64,000 nt of DNA from a bacterium (GTDB lineage Bacteria; Chloroflexota; Dormibacteria; Aeolococcales; Bog-877): positions 5,348-69,347 of the forward strand of contig JAJYWQ010000041.1 of the NCBI GenBank assembly GCA_021791415.1. Reading direction: 5' to 3'. Below are positions 9,731-19,010 of the stretch, in pieces. The stretch's first letter is position 1. Each line of letters opens with the position of its first letter. The position numbers were made by a program, and so were the translations under genes. The notes beneath the pieces were generated by a model. It had not been told where the DNA came from and did not search any database. It was given only the letters and a program-made list of their open reading frames with translations.

Positions 9731-12277
9731 TTGTTCAGTTCGCAGATCCGCACGCGTTTTCTAGAGTACTTCCAGGCTCGGGACCACCTCCTGGTGCCCA
9801 GCGCCTCGCTGGTGCCGGAGGACGATCCCAGCCTGCTGCTGGTGGGCGCCGGGATGGTGCCGTTCAAGCCTTATTTCCTTGGCCGAAAGGAGCCGCCCGC
9901 GCCCCGGCTCACCTCCTGTCAACGGGCCTTCCGGGCGGTGGACATCGAGGAGGTGGGCAACAGCACCCGGCACGACACCTTCTTCGAGATGCTGGGCAAC
10001 TTCAGCTTCGGGTCCTACTTCAAAGAGGAGGCCATCCGCTACGCCTACCAGTTCCTCACCGAGGAGATGGGCCTGGACCCCGATCGGATGCACTTCAGCA
10101 TCCACCCCTCGGACAAGCTCTCGGAGCGCCTCTGGCAGGAGGTGGCCGGGGTGGGCCCGGAGCGCATAGTCGCCCTGGAGGACAACTACTGGCAGGCGGG
10201 TCCGACCGGTCCTTTTGGGGTTGACAGCGAGATCTACTTCGACCTCGGTCCGGAGTACGGCACTGCTCCCCAGGAGGCTCCGGGACGGGGTGAGCGCTAC
10301 CTGGAGATCTGGAACCTCGTGTTCATGGACTCCGAGCGCCTGCCCGACGGCTCCTCGGTTCCCCTGCCCCGGCCTGGGGTGGACACCGGGATGGGGCTGG
10401 AGCGCATCACCAGGGTGGTCCAGGGGAAGTCGTCGATCTTCGACACCGACCTCTTCGCCCCTCTGGTCCAGGACTTTCGCAGCCGAGCTGCGGCCCTGGA
10501 TCAGCTGGGCGAGAGTGCGGGACGCCGGCATCTATGGATCCTCGCCGACCACGCACGGGGAGCCTGCGCCCTGATCTCGGACGGGGTGAGGCCCTCGAAC
10601 GAGGGCCGGGGATATGTCCTGCGTCGCCTCGTCCGCCGGGCGCTGGTGAGCGCCCAGGCCCTGGGGCTGACCGGCGGGTTGGCGCGGGCGACTCCAGTGG
10701 TGGCCAAAATCCTGGAGGACCCGATGCCCCAGCTCGGTCGACAGGCGGGCGAGATCGAGTCGGTTCTCCAGGAGGAGGAGGCTCGCTTCGCCGAGGTGCT
10801 GGACCGGGGGCTGGGGCTGTTCCTGCGCCTGGCGGCAGAGGGGACCGGGATCAGCGCGTCCGACGCCTTCCGCCTCCACGACACCTTCGGGTTCCCCATC
10901 GAATTGACACGGGACCTGGCGGCGTCCCGAGGGCTGGAGGTCGACACCGCCGGGTTCGAGCGGCTCCTGGGAGAGCAGCGCCTCCGAGGCAGGGGCCAGG
11001 TGCGGACGGAGCTGCCGGCGCTCCCCGGCAGCGAGTTCGTGGGCTACGACCAGATGGAGATCGAGGCTCGAGTTGAGCTGGTGCTCTCCGGGGGGCGCCC
11101 GGCGGAGTCGCTGGGCCAGGGTGAGCGCGGAGAGGTGGTCCTGAACCGGAGCCCGTTCTACCCGGAGGGAGGAGGACAGGTGGGGGATCGCGGACGGCTC
11201 ACCTGGCCCGAGGGCGCCGCCGAGGTGGAGGACACGCGACCGGGCGGCCCTGGGTCTCAGCTCGTCAGCTGCCTGGTGACCCGCGGGCAGCTGCAGCCCG
11301 GGCTGGCGGTGCGGGCGGAAGTAGACCCGGGCCACCGCCTGGGCTGTGCTGCGCACCACTCGGCCACCCACCTGGTCAACTCCGCCCTCCGGCTGGTGCT
11401 CGGCCCCGAGGTGGCCCAGCGCGGGTCGCTGGTGACGCCGGATCACGCCACTTTTGACTTCAGCTGGCCCCGGCCACTCACCCCGCAGGAGGTGCTGGAG
11501 GTGGAGCGCCGGGTCAACGATGCCGTCCGCCGGGACCTGCCCCGGCAGGTGGAGCTGCTCACCTTGGAGGAGGCCAGGAGGAGCGGGGCCATCTCGCTCG
11601 AGGGAGAGACCTACCGCGAGCCGGTCCGGGTGGTCAGCTTCCTCGGCTTCTCCCGGGAGCTCTGCGGCGGCACCCATGTCGCGGCCAGCGGACAGCTGGG
11701 GGCGGTGGTGCTCACCGGGGAGAGGAGCGTGGGGCAGGGACTGCGCCGCCTCGAGCTCCGATCTGGATCGGCGGCCGAGCGGTGGTGGGAGGCCCAGCGG
11801 GAGCTGGTCCAGCAGACCGCCCTCGCCCTGGGCAGCCCGCCGGCCGAGGTTCCCGGCCGGGTGGCGACCCTGCTCGACCGCGCGAGGGGGCTGGAGCGGG
11901 CGCTGCGGGATGCCTCCCAGGGACGCGGCGGATCAGAGACCTCCCTGCCCTTCCCCGGGGGCGAGTTGCCGCTCCACGACTCGCCGCTGCCGATGGAGCG
12001 CGCCGAGATGCGGCGCCTGGGTGAGAGGCTGGCGGAGCGCCACCCCGGTGGCAGCGCGGCGGTCCTGGCCGGTGGCACCCTGCTGATTCTCCTGGGGCCC
12101 CGGCTGACCGGCCGGGGCCTGTCTGCCGGTGAGCTGGCCAGGGCGGTGTGCTCGGCCCTCGGCGGTGCCGGGGGGGGGCGGCCCGAGCTCGGCCAGGGAA
12201 GCCTGCCGGAGGGGGAGCACCCCGCCGCCATTCGGGAGTTGCGTAACATCCTGGAAAAGCTCCCGGAGGAAGCCTGA
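9731..12277 (+). CDS. alaS: Alanine--tRNA ligase
   Basis: IRTRFLEYFQARDH, RHDTFFEMLGNFSFGSYFK, WNLVFM, editing HxxxH (HSATHL), C-terminal DHHA1-like part. TTG 9731 chosen; the first 171 aa of the track ORF overlap the sigma gene and are RGP-rich nonsense. Confidence 0.95.
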   Translation: MFSSQIRTRFLEYFQARDHLLVPSASLVPEDDPSLLLVGAGMVPFKPYFLGRKEPPAPRLTSCQRAFRAVDIEEVGNSTRHDTFFEMLGNFSFGSYFKEEAIRYAYQFLTEEMGLDPDRMHFSIHPSDKLSERLWQEVAGVGPERIVALEDNYWQAGPTGPFGVDSEIYFDLGPEYGTAPQEAPGRGERYLEIWNLVFMDSERLPDGSSVPLPRPGVDTGMGLERITRVVQGKSSIFDTDLFAPLVQDFRSRAAALDQLGESAGRRHLWILADHARGACALISDGVRPSNEGRGYVLRRLVRRALVSAQALGLTGGLARATPVVAKILEDPMPQLGRQAGEIESVLQEEEARFAEVLDRGLGLFLRLAAEGTGISASDAFRLHDTFGFPIELTRDLAASRGLEVDTAGFERLLGEQRLRGRGQVRTELPALPGSEFVGYDQMEIEARVELVLSGGRPAESLGQGERGEVVLNRSPFYPEGGGQVGDRGRLTWPEGAAEVEDTRPGGPGSQLVSCLVTRGQLQPGLAVRAEVDPGHRLGCAAHHSATHLVNSALRLVLGPEVAQRGSLVTPDHATFDFSWPRPLTPQEVLEVERRVNDAVRRDLPRQVELLTLEEARRSGAISLEGETYREPVRVVSFLGFSRELCGGTHVAASGQLGAVVLTGERSVGQGLRRLELRSGSAAERWWEAQRELVQQTALALGSPPAEVPGRVATLLDRARGLERALRDASQGRGGSETSLPFPGGELPLHDSPLPMERAEMRRLGERLAERHPGGSAAVLAGGTLLILLGPRLTGRGLSAGELARAVCSALGGAGGGRPELGQGSLPEGEHPAAIRELRNILEKLPEEA

Positions 12278-12278
12278 G

Positions 12279-13547
12279 ATGCCGCCGTCGTCCGTCCCCA
12301 CCGCCCGCCGCCAGCAGCGGTATCACGTCACCGCCCTGGACGTGGGCACCCAGGTGATCAAGGCTCTCGTCGTGAAGAAAGAGGCCGGTGAGGCGATCAT
12401 CCTTGGGGTCGGCCGGGCCGAGCAGGGCCCAGGTGAGCTCGATCCGGCGGCACCGCCAGACCTGGAGTCGGTGGTGGAGGGATGTCACGCCGCCCTGGAG
12501 GCGGCTGAGGACATGGCCGAGGTGATCCCCACCAGGCTGGTCATGGGGATCGGGGGATCCCAGGTGCGAGTGGTGACCACCCAGGGATCCAAGGTCCGCG
12601 GCCGGGCTCAGGAGCGGGTGTCCAAGCGGGAGCTGGAGGAGCTGGTGGAGTCCATCCAGCGCCGGGCGCTGCGGGAGGCCCAGGGCCGGCTTCAGGAGGA
12701 GGCCACCTATGGCGGCGAGCAGCTCCGCCTGGTGCACTCGTCGATCACCGCTGCCAAGGTCGACGGCCAGTCGGTGGTCGACCCCCTGCGCTTCCAGGGG
12801 CAGAAGCTGGAGCTGACCGTCTTCAACACCTTCACCACCGAGCAGCACATGGCGGCCGTGGAGGAGATCGCTCAGGCGCTGGACCTGGAGCTACTGGAGA
12901 CGGTCGCCGAACCATACGCCGCGGCCCGGCTGGCCTCAACGCCGCAGGTTGTCGAGCAGGGCGCCGTCCTCGTCGACATCGGCGCGCGGACGACCACCGT
13001 GACGCTGGTGCGCGGAGGGGTGCTGGAGTCTGCCCGGATGTTCGAGCTGGGTGGGCGGGCCTTCACCCGCAAGCTCGCTCACGACCTGGACCTCACCCTG
13101 CCCCTCGCCGAGAGCCTGAAGCTGCGCCACACCGCGGGCCTTCTGGGAGGGGACGAGCGGGCCAGGGTGAGGCGGGCGATGGGGGAGTCGGCGGAGGTGC
13201 TGGCCCAGGGGGTGGCGCTGGTGCTCCACGACCTGGCCAAGGGTTTGCCGCTTCCTGGGCAGGTGCGGCTCTTCGGGGGTGGCTCCAACCTGCCCGAGAT
13301 TCTGGAACAGCTTTCGGTGCTTCGTTGGACGGATTACCTTCCCTTCCTGCAGCCGCCGCGTTTCTCGCGTCTTTCCGCGGAAGAGCTCCCGGCGGTCCAC
13401 GACACCACCGGCCTGCTGCAGGGACCGGCCGACGTGACCCCCATGGGGCTCGCCTACCAGGCCGCAGCGGAGATCGAGGCGCCTCCCCCTCCCGGTCCGA
13501 CCTGGGAGGAGATGGTCCAGCGGGTGACGGGCTTGATCCGGCGATGA
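12279..13547 (+). CDS. FtsA/PilM-like actin-fold (ASKHA) ATPase with putative C-terminal amphipathic helix
   Basis: ALDVGTQVIKALVV (phosphate 1), DIGARTTTVTLV (phosphate 2), FGGGSNLPEI (adenosine motif). GGAGGAAG lies 6 nt before ATG 12279. C-terminus is APPPPGP-TWEEMVQRVTGLIRR. Confidence 0.7.
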   Translation: MPPSSVPTARRQQRYHVTALDVGTQVIKALVVKKEAGEAIILGVGRAEQGPGELDPAAPPDLESVVEGCHAALEAAEDMAEVIPTRLVMGIGGSQVRVVTTQGSKVRGRAQERVSKRELEELVESIQRRALREAQGRLQEEATYGGEQLRLVHSSITAAKVDGQSVVDPLRFQGQKLELTVFNTFTTEQHMAAVEEIAQALDLELLETVAEPYAAARLASTPQVVEQGAVLVDIGARTTTVTLVRGGVLESARMFELGGRAFTRKLAHDLDLTLPLAESLKLRHTAGLLGGDERARVRRAMGESAEVLAQGVALVLHDLAKGLPLPGQVRLFGGGSNLPEILEQLSVLRWTDYLPFLQPPRFSRLSAEELPAVHDTTGLLQGPADVTPMGLAYQAAAEIEAPPPPGPTWEEMVQRVTGLIRR

Positions 13548-13608
13548 GCTGGCACTTCCGAGCGGGAGACCGGCTTCGCCGGCGGCAGCGGCGGAGGGGC
13601 TGAGCCTG

Positions 13609-15318
13609 ATGGCCAAGCTGCTCTACGTTGAGCCGACCGACGAGATCACGGACCTCGTGGACCGGATCCGCCGCGCCGAGGGCGACCGGGACCTGGTCTT
13701 CGTGGTCCCCCCCGACGGGAGGGCGCTGCGATCCTCGCTGGATCTGCAACTGCTCCTCCAGTACACCCGTGGCTTCCAGAAACGGGTCTCGATCGTGAGC
13801 GGGGATGCCCAGGTCCAGGCCTTGGCGATCCGAGCCGGATTCCCGACCTTCACCACCCTCTCCCAGTTGGAGCAGGGAGTCTCCCTGCGGTCGGCGCCCA
13901 CTGCCGCGGCGATAGCCGCCGGGACGGCGCTGGCAGCGGCCCCTCCCGCGGAAGCTCCGCCTGCGCCGGCCCCCAACGGAGGGCTGGTACGGCGTACGCC
14001 CTCCCAGCTGGTGGCCAGGCCCGAGGAGTCGGCGGGGCAGAGCCGCTGGGGCTCATGGTGGCATTCCCCCCATGGCCGGAGCTGGATGATCGGGTCCGGG
14101 GCCGCGGTCTTCGTCGTCGGGGTGCTGGCGGTCCTGTTCCTCCTCCCCTCGGCCACGATCCTGGTGGGCGTGCAGTCGCACCGGATCAACGACAGCGTGA
14201 CCATCCAGGGCACCCTGAGCGGCCAGGCCTCCGGGGTGCTGGACGTGATCCCCACTGAGGCTCTGCTCACGCCGGCGGCCACCCAGACATTCACCGTCAG
14301 CCCCAGCGGCACCCAGGTGCTGCCGCCGACGCCGGCGACCGGGAACCTGTACCTCTGCTACAACCCCAGCCGGGGGAACGGGGGGGGCGGCCTCACACTG
14401 ACCTTCACAGGATCGCCCCAGTTCCAGGACCAGAACGGTGGGGGCAACATCGTGTTCGTGGCGACTGCGAGCGGGCAGAGCGGCACCTACACGGTCTACC
14501 CGTGCAGCACCAACCAGCAGTCCAGTCCAGCCCTCCCGGTCCAGGCCAGCACCTCCAGCCTCGGTACCCAGGGCAACGTGGGGTCTGGACAGGTGTGGAG
14601 TTGGACCAACGCGAGCCAGACGGGGTGCGTGGTGACGGTTTTTGGCGGGTGCACGCCCCCGACTTCCGGCGACTTCACCGTCTCCAACCCCTCGGCCATG
14701 ACCGGAGGACAGGATTCCAAGACCGAGCAGGTCTTCACCTCCTCCGACATCTCTTCAGCCCAGCAGCAGGAGCAGCAGATCGACTCCACCCTGACCTCGC
14801 AGGTGGAGAAGACGCTCAAGACCATGGCCGGCCATGACATCATCGCCCAGGACTCCAGCGGCAATGGGATCCAGCTCACGGTCACCAACCCCACCCTGCC
14901 CACCGTGGGACAGGCCGGTCAGACGCAAACGCTGACGGTCTCGGTGACCGCGGCGGCATCCGCCTACAGCCCCGCCGCCGCCCGGGCGGCGGTGCTTCAG
15001 GACCTGAAGTCCAAGGTGCCAGCGGACGGCGAGCTGCTCGCCCACCCCAGCCTCGGCACAGTCCAGGTCGTCGCCGCCGGTCCCGGCGGAACTCTGACCC
15101 TGAGCTCCAATGCGGTGGGGTACTGGGCTCCCAAGGTGGACCTCGCCCCCTACCGGAGCCGGGTCACCTTCATGAATCCCGGCAGCGCCAAGACCTACCT
15201 CCTCGCCCAGCTGCCCGGCGCCAGCTCGGTGACCATCCATCAATCCCCGTTCTCGCTTCCCTGGCTTCCGCTCCTCTCCGGGCGGATCCAGATCGAACGG
15301 GTATCCCTGAGGGCATAG
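13609..15318 (+). CDS. Single-pass membrane protein: cytoplasmic N-domain, Ala/Pro linker, TM helix, large Thr/Ser/Gly-rich ectodomain; function unknown
   Basis: N-domain VEPTDEITDLVDRIRRAEGDRDLVFVVP...; TM about aa 159-187 (MIGSGAAVFVVGVLAVLFLLPSATILVGV); 380-aa low-charge T/S/G/Q-rich C-terminal part with 4 Cys; high GC3 frame. Confidence 0.75.
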   Translation: MAKLLYVEPTDEITDLVDRIRRAEGDRDLVFVVPPDGRALRSSLDLQLLLQYTRGFQKRVSIVSGDAQVQALAIRAGFPTFTTLSQLEQGVSLRSAPTAAAIAAGTALAAAPPAEAPPAPAPNGGLVRRTPSQLVARPEESAGQSRWGSWWHSPHGRSWMIGSGAAVFVVGVLAVLFLLPSATILVGVQSHRINDSVTIQGTLSGQASGVLDVIPTEALLTPAATQTFTVSPSGTQVLPPTPATGNLYLCYNPSRGNGGGGLTLTFTGSPQFQDQNGGGNIVFVATASGQSGTYTVYPCSTNQQSSPALPVQASTSSLGTQGNVGSGQVWSWTNASQTGCVVTVFGGCTPPTSGDFTVSNPSAMTGGQDSKTEQVFTSSDISSAQQQEQQIDSTLTSQVEKTLKTMAGHDIIAQDSSGNGIQLTVTNPTLPTVGQAGQTQTLTVSVTAAASAYSPAAARAAVLQDLKSKVPADGELLAHPSLGTVQVVAAGPGGTLTLSSNAVGYWAPKVDLAPYRSRVTFMNPGSAKTYLLAQLPGASSVTIHQSPFSLPWLPLLSGRIQIERVSLRA

Positions 15319-15357
15319 GAGCTGGCTCCGACCGGGCCTCCGAACTCCGGGCGGCTG

Positions 15358-15768
15358 ATGGCGCTGGACCCCGGTGCCGCCCGGTTCGGGGTGGCCTTGA
15401 GTGATGAGACGAGGACCATCGCCCAGCCCCACGTGACCGTCAACCGAAGGAGCGACCAGGATCTCGTGCGCCGCTTGGTGGAGGTGGCCCGGGAGAACCA
15501 GGTCGGAGAGCTGGTGATGGGGCTGCCCCTGCGGATGGATGGGTCCGAGGGTCCCGAGGCGGCGGAGGCCCGCCGCTTGGGGGCCCTTCTGGCGGACGCG
15601 GCCCGGCTCCCTCTCCGGTTCGCGGACGAGCGGCTAACCTCCCGCCAGGCGGAGCGAGAGATGATCCGCCGCGGGGACTCCCGCCAGCGCCGGCGCCAGC
15701 TGGGTGATCAGGTCGCGGCGGCGCTGCTGCTGCAGGGGGTTCTGGCAGGGGCCCGGACCAGGCCGTGA
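15358..15768 (+). CDS. ruvX: Putative pre-16S rRNA nuclease / Holliday junction resolvase-like YqgF
   Basis: LDPGAARFGVALSDE, GELVMGLPLRMDGSEG, ADERLTS. The real start may be slightly upstream (non-ATG). Confidence 0.9.
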   Translation: MALDPGAARFGVALSDETRTIAQPHVTVNRRSDQDLVRRLVEVARENQVGELVMGLPLRMDGSEGPEAAEARRLGALLADAARLPLRFADERLTSRQAEREMIRRGDSRQRRRQLGDQVAAALLLQGVLAGARTRP

Positions 15769-16790
15769 TAGCCCGGCAGCGCTGGAGGGTGGTGGGCATT
15801 GTTCTCCTCCTGGCGCTGGTGGCCGGCCTGGCCGTGGTGGCCCTGGTGGGACGGCGCGAGCTGCAGCCTGTCCAGAGCAACCACCGGCAGCAGGTGGTTA
15901 TCACCGTGAGCCGGGGCGAGTCGCTGCAGCGGCTGGTGGAGGACCTCGGCAGCCACCACGTGGTCCGTTCGCAATTCTTCTTCGGGCTGTATGCGGACTT
16001 CCGTGGGCTGGGCTTCAAGCTCCACCCGGGAAAGTTCATCTTGGACCGGGGCATGGGCCCGTCGGAGCTGGTGGCCGTGCTCGAGGGCCCGTCGTCCCAG
16101 CTACCCATCGAGGTGCGGGTCCAGGACGGCCTTTCGGCGCTTCAGGAGTCGGCCCTGCTGGCCTCGGACGGCCTCTTCTCGGCCGCCGACTATCTGGGGC
16201 AAGTCAACTCGGGGAAGTTCCCGGGGATCTCCCCCCCGGCGGGGGCGCCCGCAGGTTCCGGCTGGGAGGGGATGGCCTTCGGGGACACCTACGAGGTGAG
16301 CCCTCGCGTCACCCCCCACCAGTTCCTGCTGCTCCAGCTCCAGGACTTCCAGCGCCGGGTGGCGCCCATGCTGGCCAGCGGGGCGAGCCGCCTCGGCCTC
16401 ACCCCCTATCAGGCCCTCACGCTGGCCTCGATCGTCTCTGCCGAGGCCACCACGAGCCGGGACCGGGCCCTCGTCGCCGGGGTGTTCCTTAACCGGCTGC
16501 GCCTGGGCATGCCGCTGCAGAGTGACGTGACGATCCTGTACGCGATGGCCCGCGCCGGCCAGTCCGGTGCGAAGTTCACGACCCAGTACCCCTCGCCCTA
16601 CAACACCTACCTCCACCAGGGGCTGCCCCCGGGGCCGATCGACAGCCCAGGGGTGGGGGCCGTGGATGCCGTGCTCAACCCAATCGCGAGTGACTACCTG
16701 TACTTCGTCTCCCTGCCCAACGGCAAGATGCTCTTCGCCGTCACCGCCGCCCAGCATCAGCAGCAGGTTCAGGAGGCCGGGCTTGGCTGA
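15765..16790 (+). CDS. mltG: Endolytic murein transglycosylase MltG (YceG family)
   Basis: N-terminal TM helix; LASIVSAEA, VFLNRLRLGMPLQSDVT, YNTYLHQGLPPGPIDSPG, DYLYFV. Confidence 0.9.
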   Translation: MIARQRWRVVGIVLLLALVAGLAVVALVGRRELQPVQSNHRQQVVITVSRGESLQRLVEDLGSHHVVRSQFFFGLYADFRGLGFKLHPGKFILDRGMGPSELVAVLEGPSSQLPIEVRVQDGLSALQESALLASDGLFSAADYLGQVNSGKFPGISPPAGAPAGSGWEGMAFGDTYEVSPRVTPHQFLLLQLQDFQRRVAPMLASGASRLGLTPYQALTLASIVSAEATTSRDRALVAGVFLNRLRLGMPLQSDVTILYAMARAGQSGAKFTTQYPSPYNTYLHQGLPPGPIDSPGVGAVDAVLNPIASDYLYFVSLPNGKMLFAVTAAQHQQQVQEAGLG

Positions 16791-16805
16791 CCCTCGGCCC
16801 CGTCC

Positions 16806-17471
16806 GTGAACACCGGCCTGGCCCTGGGATGGGCGGCGGCTGGCCTGGCCTGCGGCCTGGTCGCCGGGGAGGGGTCCCTCCGCCTGGAGCGGGCCGCGGG
16901 CCTTGTCGACAGGGCCGCAGCGGACCAGGACCACCGCATCGAGCGGATTCTGCTCCCCCTCTTGGGTCTCGTCGGCTTCTTCTTCTTCGCCAAGAGCGAG
17001 GCCATGGGCCCCGGACTATTGATCCACAGCCTCTGGATCGTGGTCCTGGTACAGATCCTGGGCTTCGACCTGAAGCACCGCCTCATCCTGGACGTGGTCA
17101 GCCTGCCGGCGATCGTCCTGGCGGTGGCCCTGGCCAGCTTCAGCCCCCATCTCAGCGTCGTCTCCGCGCTCTTCGGGATCCTGGTCGGAGGGGGCGTTTT
17201 GCTCCCATTCGCACTAATCAGCTCGCTCTTCCACGGGGGAACAGGGTTCGGCTGGGGCGACGTCAAGCTGGGGATGCTCATCGGCGCCGTGACCGGGATG
17301 AGCCTCAGCGCCACCGCGCTGTACACCCTCTGGGCCCTCATCGCGGGGGCGCTCGTCGGCGGGGTGGTGACCCTCGCCCTACTGGCCAGCCGCCGGCTGG
17401 GCCTGAGGGACACGCTGCCCTACGGGCCCTTCCTGGTGATCGGCTGCGGGCTGGTGCTCTTCTTTATGTGA
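16806..17471 (+). CDS. Prepilin (A24 family) aspartic peptidase, no N-terminal methyltransferase domain
   Basis: Polytopic membrane protein with GFDLKHRLILD and GWGDVKLGMLIGAVTG catalytic-Asp motifs. Confidence 0.8.
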   Translation: MNTGLALGWAAAGLACGLVAGEGSLRLERAAGLVDRAAADQDHRIERILLPLLGLVGFFFFAKSEAMGPGLLIHSLWIVVLVQILGFDLKHRLILDVVSLPAIVLAVALASFSPHLSVVSALFGILVGGGVLLPFALISSLFHGGTGFGWGDVKLGMLIGAVTGMSLSATALYTLWALIAGALVGGVVTLALLASRRLGLRDTLPYGPFLVIGCGLVLFFM

Positions 17472-18870
17472 GCGAGTCGGCGGGCGGGAGGCTCCTGGTC
17501 GACTCCACCATCTCCGCCAGGGCGGCCACCGGCTCGGCGGCCAGGGTCCGGCCCTCCTCACGGCGCATGCGCCGCACCGCCTCGTCGTTGTCCAGGCCGC
17601 GGCGATAGGGCCGGTCGGCGGTGAGGGCCTCGAAGACGTCGGCCGCGGCCACCACGTGGGCACCGAAGGGCAGGTCGGGTCCCCTCAGGTGGCGGTGGTA
17701 GCCCGAGCCGTCGAGCCGCTCGTGGTGGGCGGCCGCCATCTCGGCCACATCGCTGAGCAGCCAGAGTGGAGAGAGGATCTGGTGGGTGATGGCGGTGTGG
17801 CTCTGCATCTGGGCCATCTCACCGGCGTCCAACGGCCCGGCCTTGTCCAGGATGGCGTTGCTGACCGCCAGCTTGCCCAGGTCGTGAACCAGGGCCGCCA
17901 GTCCGATGCGGTCATTCTCATCGGTGCTCATCCCCATGACCTCGGCCATGCGCCGGGCCAGGGCGGCGGTCCGGGTGGAGTGGGTTGCTGTCCAGGGGGA
18001 CTTGGCGTCCACCACCCCGGCGAACACCTGGCCGATGCGCACCATGTCGTCGACCGAGGTGCAGGAGATCCGCCGGGGGCGCGGGTCGAGGGGAGCCACC
18101 TGCTCCGGGTGGTTGACGGCGCCGAAGCGCTCCCAGAGGCGGTCGCTCCGGGCGTGGGCCAGGACGGCGTCCACCAGCTGGGGGTCGAACCAGGTTCCCC
18201 GGCGCCGGCGGAGCACGGTCTCCACGCTGCGCCGTCCTCCGTGGCGCCAGAAGATCTCCGCGGTCTGGCAGAGCAGGGCGATCCGGGAGAGCACCGGGAT
18301 CTCGTCGCCCTTGAGGCCGCGGGGGCTTCCCGAGCCGTTCCAGTGCTCGTCCAGGGAGTAGACCGCGTCGGCCGAGGGCTCGGCCCAGCCGAGCTGGCGC
18401 ACCAACTCGGCTCCCCGGGTGCAGCGGGCCTCCACCAGCTCGCTGGCCAGCCCCGGGCCCTTGGCTCCCAGTGCGACCAACTGGGCCATGCGCCGAGTGA
18501 TGGGTGCGGTGGGCGCCGTCTGGCGGATGGCGAACAGCAGCGAGCGCCACTGGCTGCTCCAGTCCGAGACCTTGAACTGGGCCTTGGTGCTGAGGTCGTC
18601 GGCGCCGAACCAGCGGGTCACGCTGTAGGCGTTGGCCGAGCAACCGGCGTCCTTGAGCAGCAGGGCGTAGAAGAGGTCCTGGCGCTCATCCGGGCCGAGG
18701 CCCACCCAGTCGGCCAGCCGCATCCCCAGCCAGCAGGTCCGAAGGGCATGGCCCATCGGCTCCCCCTCAGCCAGATCCAGCGCCCGGGACAGGGAGGCGA
18801 TCACGAGCGAGGAGGGCATCGACCCGCCGGCTTCGGTGGCGACGTCGGCCCGCAGGGTGGTGGCGCTCAT
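17464..18870 (-). CDS. Tandem HD-GYP domain protein (degenerate N-terminal copy + near-canonical C-terminal copy)
   Basis: C-terminal copy: ALVHDLGK, HHERLDGSGYHRHLRGPDLPFGAHVVAAADVFEALTADRPYR. N-terminal copy: HALRT...LLLKDAGC, DEHWNGSGSPRGLKGDEIPVLSRIALLCQ. Confidence 0.85.
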   Translation of the reverse strand: MSATTLRADVATEAGGSMPSSLVIASLSRALDLAEGEPMGHALRTCWLGMRLADWVGLGPDERQDLFYALLLKDAGCSANAYSVTRWFGADDLSTKAQFKVSDWSSQWRSLLFAIRQTAPTAPITRRMAQLVALGAKGPGLASELVEARCTRGAELVRQLGWAEPSADAVYSLDEHWNGSGSPRGLKGDEIPVLSRIALLCQTAEIFWRHGGRRSVETVLRRRRGTWFDPQLVDAVLAHARSDRLWERFGAVNHPEQVAPLDPRPRRISCTSVDDMVRIGQVFAGVVDAKSPWTATHSTRTAALARRMAEVMGMSTDENDRIGLAALVHDLGKLAVSNAILDKAGPLDAGEMAQMQSHTAITHQILSPLWLLSDVAEMAAAHHERLDGSGYHRHLRGPDLPFGAHVVAAADVFEALTADRPYRRGLDNDEAVRRMRREEGRTLAAEPVAALAEMVESTRSLPPADSLT

Positions 18871-19010
18871 GATTGAAGGCTAGGGCCAGGCCCCCGCCGC
18901 GCCGGTGAAGGATCTGCTGCGGTGTTTGAAGACCGTGTAGCGGGCGGCTGAGTGGCCACGTCGACGGACAGCCCCGAAGCTGCGATCATCAGAGGCTGTG
19001 AGGAGCGGCA

